Source: an uncultured Akkermansia sp.
GTDB taxonomy: Bacteria > Verrucomicrobiota > Verrucomicrobiia > Opitutales > Opitutaceae
Direction: 5' to 3'
DNA length: 64,000 nt
Assembly: GCA_964438755.1 (NCBI GenBank)
Contig: CAYTLL010000009.1
Span: 29,518-93,517, forward strand
Made by a program: the position numbers and the translations under genes. The notes beneath the pieces are model-generated. The model searched no databases and was not told the DNA's origin. It saw only the letters and a list, made by a program, of their open reading frames with translations. Below are positions 26,615-35,965 of the stretch, piece after piece. Within the stretch, counting starts at the first letter, position 1. Every line of letters starts with the position of its first letter.

Positions 26615-29600
26615 ATGGTTCACCGCCGACTGCTCCCCCGATTCCTTCCGCGCGCCTGGCTCGCGTCCTTTTTCGGCGCCTGCCGCGCGCCGATGTTATG
26701 CGTCCTTGCGCTGGCCGGCGCCGTTCCCTGCTCGCCGGCCGCGGTGACGTGGAGCGGCGACGCGGGCCCGTGGGGACCCGGCCCGATGAACGACTGCGTC
26801 GCGACTTGGAACACCTACGCGTCCTACAATTACAACATTCCCGTCGTCTACAGCTCGGGCACGCCGACCGCCGACGCCGGTTACTTCGGCCAGATCCGCT
26901 TCGGCGGCTCGGGCAACTACCGCACGGCCATGCACGAATCCAGCCACTGGTTCGGCACCGGCACGACCTGGCAGTGGGACCAGCACCAGCGCTGGAGCAT
27001 CTGGAACGGCGCCTATGTCACCAACCTGCGTCGCGCCTATGACGGACCCGGCGAGCGCCAGTTCATCTACGGCGTCCATTACGGCCCGCAGGGCGCCAAC
27101 TACGACTCAGAGGGCGTGCAGGCGCCCCAGATGGTCGGCATCATCGGCGCCTTCCGGCGCGACATGGAGCTCGATGTCCGCGACCAGACCATCGGCGTCG
27201 CGCCGGATACCTACCGCCTGCGCAACCGCGCCGCGGTCAAGGTGCTCGACAGTCTCGGCTCCTCCGCCGAGGGCGCCGCGCTCAAGCAGGCCGAAAACAC
27301 GACGACCACCGCCCAGGAGTGGGACGTGAATCTCGTCCTCGGCACGCGCCACTTCACCATCCGCAACGTCGCGACCGGCAAGTATCTCGACTCGCTCGGC
27401 GCCGCCTCCGACGGCTCCCCCGTCGTTCTCACCTCGCTCGTCGGCGGCGCGCCCACCGACAACCAGCTTTGGGAAATCGTTCCGACAGACTCGTTTTTCT
27501 TCAAAATCATCAACAAGGCCAACGGCCGCGCCCTCGACAACGAGGGCCAGACCGCGGACGGCGGCGGGATCAAGCAGTGGGCCGCCGCCGGCAACAACAG
27601 CTGGAACCAGCAGTGGACTTTTCTCCACCCGCTCGTGCAAAGCGCGCCCCCCGCGGGCGTGGTTTCCCAAGGCCGCTGGGTCTCCTCCAGCTCGACCGAC
27701 GGCGGCAACTACGACACCAAGGGCAACAACGGCGTCGCCGGCGACCGCTGGACCGCCTCCAGCGGCTCCTATCCGCAGTGGTGGCAGGTCGATCTCGGTT
27801 CGGTGCAGCCGATCACCAAGGTCGAGGTCGACTGGTTCCGGGACGGCGCGCCCGTCTTCCAGTATCGCATCGAGGTCAGCGACGACGGAGCCAACTTCAC
27901 CGTCGCCGCCGATCGCACTGGCAACACCGTCACCGGCACCACCGTCGACCGCTTCCTCTCGTCGGGCCGCTACGTGCGCGTCGTCGCCACGGGCGTGACC
28001 GGCGGCGGCTACTGGGCCGCGTTTTTCGAGTGCCGCGTCTACAACGAGGTGCAGCCCATGCAGCTGCTCTCCCTCTTTCGTCCGACCACCGCGAGCAGCG
28101 AGCAGGCCGGCAACCTTGCCGTGAACGCCAACGACGTGGACCCCATTCTCACCCGCTGGTGCTCCAACTCGTCCGGCTACCCCGCCTGGTGGCAGGTCGA
28201 CCTCGGCTCCGCCAGGCAGGTCAACAAAGCCGTCATCCAGTGGTTCGACGACGAGGGCCGCTCCTACAAATACCGCATCGAGGGCAGCACCGACGGCGTG
28301 AATTTCACCACGCTGCTTGATCGCACGGACAACACCACGCCCTCCGTCACCACCGACACCTTCTCCGGCGTCGCCCGCTACGTGCGCATCAACATCACCG
28401 GCGGCTCCTCCAGCTATCCCAGCCTCTACGACGCCCAGATCTACGGCGCGGTCGGCCCGCAGCCCGCCTCCGCCCCCGCCGGTCTCGCCGCCACCGCGAC
28501 CTCCTCGCAGATCCAGCTTTCCTGGCTCTCCGTGCCCGGCGCGACGACCTATGAGGTAAAGCGGGCGCTCTCGGCGGGCGGCCCTTACGCGACCCTCGGC
28601 ACGCCCGCCGGCCCGGCCTACACGGACACCACCGTGCAGCTTGGCGTGCCTTACTATTACGTCGTCTCCGCGACCGGCTCCTCCGGCGTCAGCGCGGATT
28701 CCGCCCCCGTCGTCGCCGCGGCCGGCGCCGAGCTGCGCGCCTGGCTGCCCTTCAACGAGACCTCCGGCGCCGTCGCCGCCGACGCCAGCGGTCTCGGCCG
28801 CGCCGGCGCGCTGATCAACGGCCCCGTCTGGGCCTCCGGCAACTTCGCCAACGCGATCGATCTCGACGGCGCCGACGACTACGTCGCCTTGCCCGCCGGC
28901 ATCGTCTCCGGCCTCAACGACTTCACCGTCGCCGCCTGGGTCAATCCCGACGTGAACGGCAACTGGGCCCGCCTCTTCGACTTCGGCACGGGAACCGATA
29001 ACTACATGTTCCTCGCGCCGACCAACGGCTCGGTCCTGCGCTTCGCCATCCGCACGCCTTCCGTCGGCGAGCAGCAGCTCAGCGCCTCGCCCCTCCCGGC
29101 CGGCGTCTGGTCGCATGTCGCCGTCACGCTCTCCGGCAACACCGCCACCCTCTACGTCAACGGCGTCTCCGTCGCGACCAACACCGCGGTGACCCTTCGC
29201 CCCTCCTCTCTCGGCAACACGACCAACAACTGGATCGGCCGCGCCCAATTCGCCGATCCCTACCTCAACGGCAAGGTCGACGACTTCCGCATCTACAACC
29301 GGGCGCTCAACACCACCGAGATCGCCCGCCTTCGCGGCCTATCCGCCCCCGCCGCCGCGCCCGTGCTCGCCGCGCAGGCGGGCGACGGCCGCATCGCCTT
29401 GGCCTGGTCCGCCGCGCTCGGCGCTACCGGCTACAAGGTGCAACGCGCGACCGTATCCGGCGGGCCTTACACGACCGTCGCGACCGTCGCCGCCGCCACC
29501 TATGCGGACACCGGTCTCTCCAACGGCACCGCCTATTATTACGTCGTCTCCGCGCTCAACGCCGCTGGCGAGGGCATTCCGTCCGTCGAGCGAAGCGCCA

Positions 29601-31162
29601 CTCCGGCGCCGATGCCTCCCGCGCCGCCCTCCGCCATCGTCCCGTCCGAGGTCGGCGGCCAGGTGAAGCTGCTCTGGACCGCTTCCGCCTCCGCCACCGG
29701 CTACAAGCTGAAGCGCTCCACCACCAGCGGAGGCCCCTACGCGACCCTCGCCACCCTCGGCGCGATCACCAATTACACCGACGCCTCCGCCGCGCCGGGC
29801 GTCACCTATTACTACGTCGTCTCGGCCGTGGGGGCTTCCGGCGAAAGCGCGAACTCTCCGCAGGCCGTCGCCGCGCCCGTGTCCGCGACGTCCGCCGCCT
29901 GGCTGAAGATGGACGAGGCCTCCGGCGCCACGACCGCCGACGAGTCCGGCAACGGCTGGACCGGCACGCTCGTCAACGGCCCCACCCGCGTCACCGGCCG
30001 CCTTGACCGCGCCCTCGGCTTCGATGGCGCCGACGACCACGTGACGCTGCCCGCCGGCGTCGTGAGCACGCTCGGCGATTGCACCTTCTCCGTCTGGGTG
30101 CGTCCGGGCGCGCTGAGCACCTGGTCGCGCGTTTTTGATTTCGGCACCGGCACCGACAACTACCTCTTCCTGTCCGTCCAAGGCTCCAACGGTCGTCCGA
30201 CCTTCGGGATTCGAGCCCCCGGCGTCGCCCAGCAGGACATCTACGGTTCGTCGACGCTGACCGCCAACGTCTGGACGCACCTCGCCGTGACCGTCTCCGG
30301 CAACGTCGGCACGCTCTACGTCAATGGCGTGGCGTCCGGCGCGAACGGCGCGATGTCGCTCAAGCCTTCCGGCCTCGGAAACACCACGCTGAACTATCTT
30401 GGCCGCTCGCAGTGGCCCGACCCCTACCTCAACGGTCAACTCGACGAGTTCCGTATCCTTGGCTGCGCCCTCACCGCGACCGAGGTCGCCGCACTCGCCA
30501 CGCCGCCCGCCGCTCCGTCCGGCTTCACCGCCACCGCCGGAGCCTCGCAGGTCGCGCTCTCGTGGAGCGCCGTCGCGGGCGCCACGGGTTACAATGTGAA
30601 ACGCGCCACCGTGAACGGTGGTCCTTACGTGACGATCGCCTCGAACCTCTCCGGCACGAGCCACCCCGACACCGCCGTCTCCGCCGGCACCGCCTACTAC
30701 TACGTCGTCACCGCGCTGAAGACCGTCGCCGAGAGCGCCCGCTCCGTGCAGCAAAGCGCCACGCCCCTCGCTCCGTTGACGCCCGCGCAGTCGTGGCGCC
30801 AGGCGAAGTTCGGCACGACCGACAACCTCGGCTCCGCCGCCGACTCCGCCGACCCCGACGGCGACGGTCTGGGCAACCTCCTCGAACGCGCCTTCGCCAC
30901 CGACCCGCTCGCGTCCGACGTCTCCCTCGCGCCCTCCCTCGACGCCGCATCGCCCGCCTTGAGTCTCGTCTATCGCCGCGCCAAGGCCGCCGTCGACCTC
31001 GTCTTCACCGTCGAGGAGAGCACCGACCTCGCCACGTGGACCGCGGCCGCCGGCTCCGCCACGGTCGTCGAAGACAACGCCGATTACCAGGTGCTCCGCC
31101 ACACGCGCCCGATCTCTTCCGACGCGCGCATCTTCCTGCGTCTCAAGATCACGCAGCCCTGA
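26615..31162 (+). CDS. Giant secreted multidomain protein: HExxH-containing N-terminal domain + ricin B + 2x F5/8-type-C (discoidin) + 4x FN3 + 2x LamG + C-terminal module
   Basis: I set the start at MVHRRLL with a hydrophobic signal-like segment. HESSH lies at 26933-26947. Ricin QxW repeats are AQEW, NQLW and NQQW. Two discoidin-type modules are YPQWWQVDLGSVQPITKVEVDW and YPAWWQVDLGSARQVNKAVIQW. FN3-like modules end in YYYVVSA. Two LamG modules carry NWARLFDFGTGTDNYMFL and TWSRVFDFGTGTDNYLFL plus DDFRIYNRAL / DEFRILGCAL. Confidence 0.85.
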   Translation: MVHRRLLPRFLPRAWLASFFGACRAPMLCVLALAGAVPCSPAAVTWSGDAGPWGPGPMNDCVATWNTYASYNYNIPVVYSSGTPTADAGYFGQIRFGGSGNYRTAMHESSHWFGTGTTWQWDQHQRWSIWNGAYVTNLRRAYDGPGERQFIYGVHYGPQGANYDSEGVQAPQMVGIIGAFRRDMELDVRDQTIGVAPDTYRLRNRAAVKVLDSLGSSAEGAALKQAENTTTTAQEWDVNLVLGTRHFTIRNVATGKYLDSLGAASDGSPVVLTSLVGGAPTDNQLWEIVPTDSFFFKIINKANGRALDNEGQTADGGGIKQWAAAGNNSWNQQWTFLHPLVQSAPPAGVVSQGRWVSSSSTDGGNYDTKGNNGVAGDRWTASSGSYPQWWQVDLGSVQPITKVEVDWFRDGAPVFQYRIEVSDDGANFTVAADRTGNTVTGTTVDRFLSSGRYVRVVATGVTGGGYWAAFFECRVYNEVQPMQLLSLFRPTTASSEQAGNLAVNANDVDPILTRWCSNSSGYPAWWQVDLGSARQVNKAVIQWFDDEGRSYKYRIEGSTDGVNFTTLLDRTDNTTPSVTTDTFSGVARYVRINITGGSSSYPSLYDAQIYGAVGPQPASAPAGLAATATSSQIQLSWLSVPGATTYEVKRALSAGGPYATLGTPAGPAYTDTTVQLGVPYYYVVSATGSSGVSADSAPVVAAAGAELRAWLPFNETSGAVAADASGLGRAGALINGPVWASGNFANAIDLDGADDYVALPAGIVSGLNDFTVAAWVNPDVNGNWARLFDFGTGTDNYMFLAPTNGSVLRFAIRTPSVGEQQLSASPLPAGVWSHVAVTLSGNTATLYVNGVSVATNTAVTLRPSSLGNTTNNWIGRAQFADPYLNGKVDDFRIYNRALNTTEIARLRGLSAPAAAPVLAAQAGDGRIALAWSAALGATGYKVQRATVSGGPYTTVATVAAATYADTGLSNGTAYYYVVSALNAAGEGIPSVERSATPAPMPPAPPSAIVPSEVGGQVKLLWTASASATGYKLKRSTTSGGPYATLATLGAITNYTDASAAPGVTYYYVVSAVGASGESANSPQAVAAPVSATSAAWLKMDEASGATTADESGNGWTGTLVNGPTRVTGRLDRALGFDGADDHVTLPAGVVSTLGDCTFSVWVRPGALSTWSRVFDFGTGTDNYLFLSVQGSNGRPTFGIRAPGVAQQDIYGSSTLTANVWTHLAVTVSGNVGTLYVNGVASGANGAMSLKPSGLGNTTLNYLGRSQWPDPYLNGQLDEFRILGCALTATEVAALATPPAAPSGFTATAGASQVALSWSAVAGATGYNVKRATVNGGPYVTIASNLSGTSHPDTAVSAGTAYYYVVTALKTVAESARSVQQSATPLAPLTPAQSWRQAKFGTTDNLGSAADSADPDGDGLGNLLERAFATDPLASDVSLAPSLDAASPALSLVYRRAKAAVDLVFTVEESTDLATWTAAAGSATVVEDNADYQVLRHTRPISSDARIFLRLKITQP

Positions 31163-31300
31163 TCCTGGTCGACTTTGTTCGGGAGCGCGGCTCTCGCCCT
31201 CGCTTGCGGCGAGCCGTATCCGAAGAGGTTTTACGTTAAAGGCACAGGCGGGCTGCGCTGGAGTCGCCGTGGGGTAGGGTGTTTCCCGCCCCACCTCCCC

Positions 31301-34300
31301 ATGCCCCGCCTGCTTCCCTCCTGGCTGCTGCCTTGCCTTGTCCTGCTCGTGTCCCTCGTCGTCGCGTTTCCCGTCCGCGCGCAGCTCATCGAGCTCTCCG
31401 CCGGCGTGCAGACCTACGCCACGCTCTCCGGCGCGACGGTCACGATGACGGGCAAATCCGAGCTGCGCCTCACCGCCTCCTCGGCCGCGCTCTCCGGCAG
31501 CACGATCAACCTGAACTCGCCCGACGCCTGGGTGCTGTTCACCTCGGTCAAACCCTCCGTCGTCGTCTCGACCTATCTCTCGCAGCTCCGCGTCAACGGC
31601 GCCGCCGCCGTCTCCGGCTCCAACGTCCGGGTCGTGCAATACGAGCTCGGCGCCGTCGTCATCCCCCACGCGCCGTCCTTCCAGCCGCTCGAGGTTTTCA
31701 CCGGCCGCGATTTCAGCGGCGCGTCTCGCACCTTCGGCACCTACACCTACTACAACACCACGACCGCGCTCGGCGCCTTCAACCGCGACATCAGCTCCTT
31801 CAAGCTCAAGCGCGGCTACATGGCCACCTTCTCGACCCAGACCAACGGCACCGGCCCCAGCCAGGTCTATATCGCGCAGGACGCCGACCTCGAGATCGGC
31901 CGGCTCCCCGCCTCCCTGGACAACGCGATCCGCTTCGTGCGCGTCTTCCCCTGGCGCTGGGTCGCCAAGAAGGGGTCCTGCGACGTCGGCCCCACCACGC
32001 TCAACGCCTCCTGGCACTACAACTGGGACAACAACCAGAGCTCTCCGCTCGACTGGGAATACGTGCCGATCCGCCAGCAGCGCTGGTGGCCCGCCTACCC
32101 GACGAACAAGCCCGACTCCACGCACCTCTCCGGTTTCAACGAGCCCGACAACCCCGTCGAGGACTCCTACACCTCGCTCGGTAACGGATCGGTGGATACG
32201 GCCATCGCCGTCTGGCCCGAGCTCCTCGCCACCGGCCTGCGCGTCGGTTCCCCCGCCGTCACCGACGGCGGCCTCTCCTGGCTCTACGACTTCATGACCA
32301 AGGCCGACGCCGCCAAGCTCCGCGTCGACTACGTCACCATCCACTTCTACCGCTGCGGATTCACCGCCCAGCAGCTCTACGACTGGCTCTACGCCATCCA
32401 CGTGCAGACCGGCCGGCCCATCTGGATCACCGAGTTCAACAACGGCGCCGACTGGACCTCCTGCACCGATCCCACCTACGCGCAAAACGCCACCCGCATC
32501 GCCGAGTTCACCGACATGATGGACAAGGCCCCCTGGATCGAGCGCTACGCCGTCTACAGCCGCGTCGAATACATGCGCCAGATGACCTACGACACGGGAG
32601 GCCTCACCCCCGCCGGCGTCGCCTACCGCGACAACGCATCGCCCATGGCCTACGTGCAACGACTTCCGCGCACCGGCGCCCGCGCCCTCGCCCAGCTCTC
32701 CTTCGAGGGCGACACGCTCGACGCCTCCGGCCAGGGCAACAACGCCGCCCCCGTCGGCCGCCCCGCCCTGGTCCCCGGCCGCTCCGGCGGCCAGGCCCTG
32801 CGTCTCGACGGCGATTCCCAATACCTCCAGCTCCCGTCCGACGTCGCGGGCTCGTCCGCCTTCAGCTTCGCCGCCTGGGTTTATTGGGACGGCGGCGCCA
32901 ACTGGCAGCGCATCTTCGACTTCGGCCGGGACACCTCGCGCTACGCCTTCCTCACCGCGAGCGCCACCGGCGGCTATCTCCGCTTCGCCACCCGCAACAA
33001 CGGCTCCGAGCAGACGCTCCAGATGAACTCGGCGTTGCCCGTCGGACAGTGGTGCCACGTCGCGTTCACGCTCTCCGGCGGCACCGGACGCCTCTATCTC
33101 AACGGTGCCCAGGTCGCCTCCGGCGCCATCTCGATCACGCCTTCCCAGCTCTCCGCCGATCTGAACTACATCGGCAAGAGCCGCTTCACCTCCGACCCGC
33201 TTTTCGCCGGCACGATCGACGACGTTCGCATCGCCGACTACGCCTTCAGCGCGGCGCAGATCAGCGCCATGCAGGGCGCCAACGGCGTCCCGCAATTCTC
33301 CGCCACCACGATCAACGGCGGCTCCGCCACCCAGAACCAGCCCTACGCCGGCACCCTCGCCGCCGCCGCGACCGACGCCGACGCGGGCGACACGCTCACC
33401 TTCGCCAAGGTCTCCGGCCCCGCCTGGCTCCAGGTCGCCGCCGACGGCACCCTTTCCGGCACCCCCGGCTACGCGAACGACGGTCTCCAGGAGTTCGTCG
33501 TCTCCGTCACCGACTCCACCGGCGCCAGCGATTCCGCCGTGCTCACCATCACCATGCCCGTCGTGATCGGCAACGGCACCTGGCTGCCCGACGCCGACGG
33601 CTCCTGGGGCGATGTCGTCAACTGGAGCGGCGCCTTCCCCGCCAACGGCGTCGGCGCCTCCGCCAATTTCTCCACCGTCAACATCACCGCCGACCGCACC
33701 ATCACGCTCGACCGCACCCGCGCCATCGGATCGCTCGCTTTCGGGGACGTGTCCGGCGCGCAAAACTGGACCCTCGTCTCCACCGACGGCGCCTCGCTCA
33801 TCCTCGACACCGGCACGACCACCGCCACCACCGTCACCGTCAACCAGAACACCGCCGTCCTCGCGCTCCCGCTCGAGGGCGAGCGAGGCCTGACCAAGGG
33901 CGGAAACGGCACCCTCGTCCTCGCCGGCGGCGGCACCCTCGCCGGCACGCTCAACATCGACTCCGAAAGCACTTCCGTCGCGCAGGGCGTCGTCCGTGTC
34001 GCCCACCCCGATGCGATCTCCGACGTAACCGCGATTCAAATACGCAACAACAACTCCGGCTCCTCCACCCTCGAGCTCAGCGGCGCCCTCGGCGACATGG
34101 CCACCGCCGCCGCCGTTTCCCTCGCCGGTCGCAACGCCACCGTCCCCGCCATCCGAAATCTCTCCGGTTTCAACACCCTGGGTCCGGTCACGATCCAGAT
34201 CGGCGGCTCCAACTACCTCTTCCAATCCGACGCCGGCATCCTCGCGCTTGGCGGCGTCACCTCCAACGCCACCGGCGCGCGCGCGCTGACCTTCGCGGGC

Positions 34301-35836
34301 GCGGGCGACATCTCCGTCGGAGGCGTCATCGCCAACGGCAACGCCAGCACCGGCGTCTCCCTGACCAAGACCGGCGCCGGCCGCCTCGTTCTCGGCGCCG
34401 CCAACACCTTCACCGGCAACATCACCCTCGGCGGCGGCACGCTTTCCGTCCTCGAGCCCGCCGCCCTCTACGCCGGGGCCTGGAACAACACCGCCGTGCT
34501 TACCGTCAACTCCGGGGCCGTGCTCGAGCTCGACCGCTGGGGTTACGGCATCGCCGACCCGACCTATCGCACGCAGGCGCTCGGCGGCCTCTCGTATAAT
34601 CCCGCCCGTTTCATCATCAACGGCGGCACCGTGCGCTTCACCGGCGGCGCCGCCGGCGCCCCGCAAAATCCCGCCGAGGCGCCCTACGGCCCCGGCTTCA
34701 CCATCGGCGCGTCCGGCGCCACGCTCGAGGCCGCCAAGGCCGACGACACCTGGACGGTGAAGAACGACTCCCGCGGCAGCGGCAACATCGTCAGCTCCGC
34801 CGGCGGCGCGCTTACCCTGACGGGAACCGGCTCCGGCATCTGGGACAAGGTTCTCCCCGGCGCCGGCGGCTTGATCAAAACCGGCGCGGGCGTTTGGACG
34901 CTCACCCAGGCCAACACCTACACCGGCGCCACCAACGTCCAGGCGGGCACGCTCCGCGTCGAAGGGTCCACCGCCGCGGGCGCGGTCAGCGTCCAATCCG
35001 GCGCGACCCTCGCCGGAACCGGCACGCTTGGCGGCCCGACGACCGTGCTCTCGGGCGGCATCCTCGCCCCCGGCTCCGGCGGCGTCGGCACGTTGCGCTT
35101 CTCCGGCAACCTCACGCTCGCCGCGGGCTCGATCACCCGCATCGAGATCGATCCCGTCTCGGCCACCCGCGATCAGGTGAACGTCACCGGCGCGCTCGGT
35201 CTCGGCGGCGCGCTGGAGGTCTCCCTTGTCGGCGGATCCGTCGCCGTGGGCGACAGCTTCCCGATCTTCACCGCCGGCACCCGCTCCGGCGCCTTCTCCT
35301 CGTCCTCGTTCCCCGCGCTTCCGCCCGGACGCGGCTGGGACGGTTCCACGCTCGCGACCGACGGCGTCTTGCGCGTCGTCGCGGTCGCGATTCCCGATTT
35401 CGCCGCCTGGGCCGCGCAACAATCCCTGCCCGGCGGCGCCTCGTCCGCCACGGACGACGCCGACGCCGACGGCCTGGCCAACGCCTTCGAATGGCTCCTC
35501 GGCGGCGACCCGCTGGCGCCCGATTCCGCCGCGCGGCGTCCGCAGGTGGCGATTCGTTCGCTCGCCGCCGCCGAGTATCCCGCCGCGGTCGAAGGTCGCA
35601 CCTATCTCACGCTCGGCGCCCGCGTTCGCCGCGAGCGCCCCGGCGTCACGCTCATCCCCGAGGGAGCCGTCGCCCTCGACGGCCTCGGCTTGCCCGAGGC
35701 CGCCGCGGCGGTCGTGCCCCTCGGGGCTCCAATCGCCGACGGCGATTTCGACCTGATGACCTACGTCTTCACCACGCCGATCGAGGACAGTCCCACGCGC
35801 TCCGCCTTCATGCGCCTCCGGGTGGTCTTGGAGTAG
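31301..35836 (+). CDS. Giant secreted protein: GH128-like (Glyco_hydro_cc) catalytic core + LamG + Ig-like + autotransporter-associated beta-strand (PATR) repeats + C-terminal module
   Basis: The signal peptide is MPRLLPSWLLPCLVLLVSLVVAFPVRA. The catalytic-core motifs are ASWHYNWD, LSGFNEPD and PIWITEFN (about 31930-32630). The LamG module carries NWQRIFDFGRDTSRYAFL and DDVRIADYAF. PATR-type repeats are KTGAGRLVLGAANTFTGNITLGGGTLSV and KTGAGVWTLTQANTYTGATNVQAGTLRVEG. No C-terminal beta-barrel translocator is evident. Confidence 0.85.
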   Translation: MPRLLPSWLLPCLVLLVSLVVAFPVRAQLIELSAGVQTYATLSGATVTMTGKSELRLTASSAALSGSTINLNSPDAWVLFTSVKPSVVVSTYLSQLRVNGAAAVSGSNVRVVQYELGAVVIPHAPSFQPLEVFTGRDFSGASRTFGTYTYYNTTTALGAFNRDISSFKLKRGYMATFSTQTNGTGPSQVYIAQDADLEIGRLPASLDNAIRFVRVFPWRWVAKKGSCDVGPTTLNASWHYNWDNNQSSPLDWEYVPIRQQRWWPAYPTNKPDSTHLSGFNEPDNPVEDSYTSLGNGSVDTAIAVWPELLATGLRVGSPAVTDGGLSWLYDFMTKADAAKLRVDYVTIHFYRCGFTAQQLYDWLYAIHVQTGRPIWITEFNNGADWTSCTDPTYAQNATRIAEFTDMMDKAPWIERYAVYSRVEYMRQMTYDTGGLTPAGVAYRDNASPMAYVQRLPRTGARALAQLSFEGDTLDASGQGNNAAPVGRPALVPGRSGGQALRLDGDSQYLQLPSDVAGSSAFSFAAWVYWDGGANWQRIFDFGRDTSRYAFLTASATGGYLRFATRNNGSEQTLQMNSALPVGQWCHVAFTLSGGTGRLYLNGAQVASGAISITPSQLSADLNYIGKSRFTSDPLFAGTIDDVRIADYAFSAAQISAMQGANGVPQFSATTINGGSATQNQPYAGTLAAAATDADAGDTLTFAKVSGPAWLQVAADGTLSGTPGYANDGLQEFVVSVTDSTGASDSAVLTITMPVVIGNGTWLPDADGSWGDVVNWSGAFPANGVGASANFSTVNITADRTITLDRTRAIGSLAFGDVSGAQNWTLVSTDGASLILDTGTTTATTVTVNQNTAVLALPLEGERGLTKGGNGTLVLAGGGTLAGTLNIDSESTSVAQGVVRVAHPDAISDVTAIQIRNNNSGSSTLELSGALGDMATAAAVSLAGRNATVPAIRNLSGFNTLGPVTIQIGGSNYLFQSDAGILALGGVTSNATGARALTFAGAGDISVGGVIANGNASTGVSLTKTGAGRLVLGAANTFTGNITLGGGTLSVLEPAALYAGAWNNTAVLTVNSGAVLELDRWGYGIADPTYRTQALGGLSYNPARFIINGGTVRFTGGAAGAPQNPAEAPYGPGFTIGASGATLEAAKADDTWTVKNDSRGSGNIVSSAGGALTLTGTGSGIWDKVLPGAGGLIKTGAGVWTLTQANTYTGATNVQAGTLRVEGSTAAGAVSVQSGATLAGTGTLGGPTTVLSGGILAPGSGGVGTLRFSGNLTLAAGSITRIEIDPVSATRDQVNVTGALGLGGALEVSLVGGSVAVGDSFPIFTAGTRSGAFSSSSFPALPPGRGWDGSTLATDGVLRVVAVAIPDFAAWAAQQSLPGGASSATDDADADGLANAFEWLLGGDPLAPDSAARRPQVAIRSLAAAEYPAAVEGRTYLTLGARVRRERPGVTLIPEGAVALDGLGLPEAAAAVVPLGAPIADGDFDLMTYVFTTPIEDSPTRSAFMRLRVVLE

Positions 35837-35965
35837 GCTTCGCGAGTTTGGAGCGCGGCGACGAGGCGCCTTCCGGAAAAATCTCCGACGGCGCCTGTCG
35901 TGATTTCCCCGGAAATGGCGCTTCTAGGTTTGGGCGCCGTCTCGCGCCCGCCCTTACCCCCGCCC

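Noticed and set aside
29339-35422. 2027-aa minus-strand ORF spanning parts of genes 26615 and 31301 and their intergenic gap
   Set aside because: It has the same antisense-artefact composition (G/A/R/D/V). It crosses a plus-strand gene boundary, and the plus-strand frames contain repeated, well-defined FN3, LamG, GH128-like and PATR motifs.
31301-35836. Calling the PATR-repeat proteins classical type V autotransporters
   Set aside because: Gene 31301 has no C-terminal beta-barrel translocator-like segment; it ends in the shared DxDxDG/F-x-R-L module. For gene 60645 the C-terminus is outside the window.
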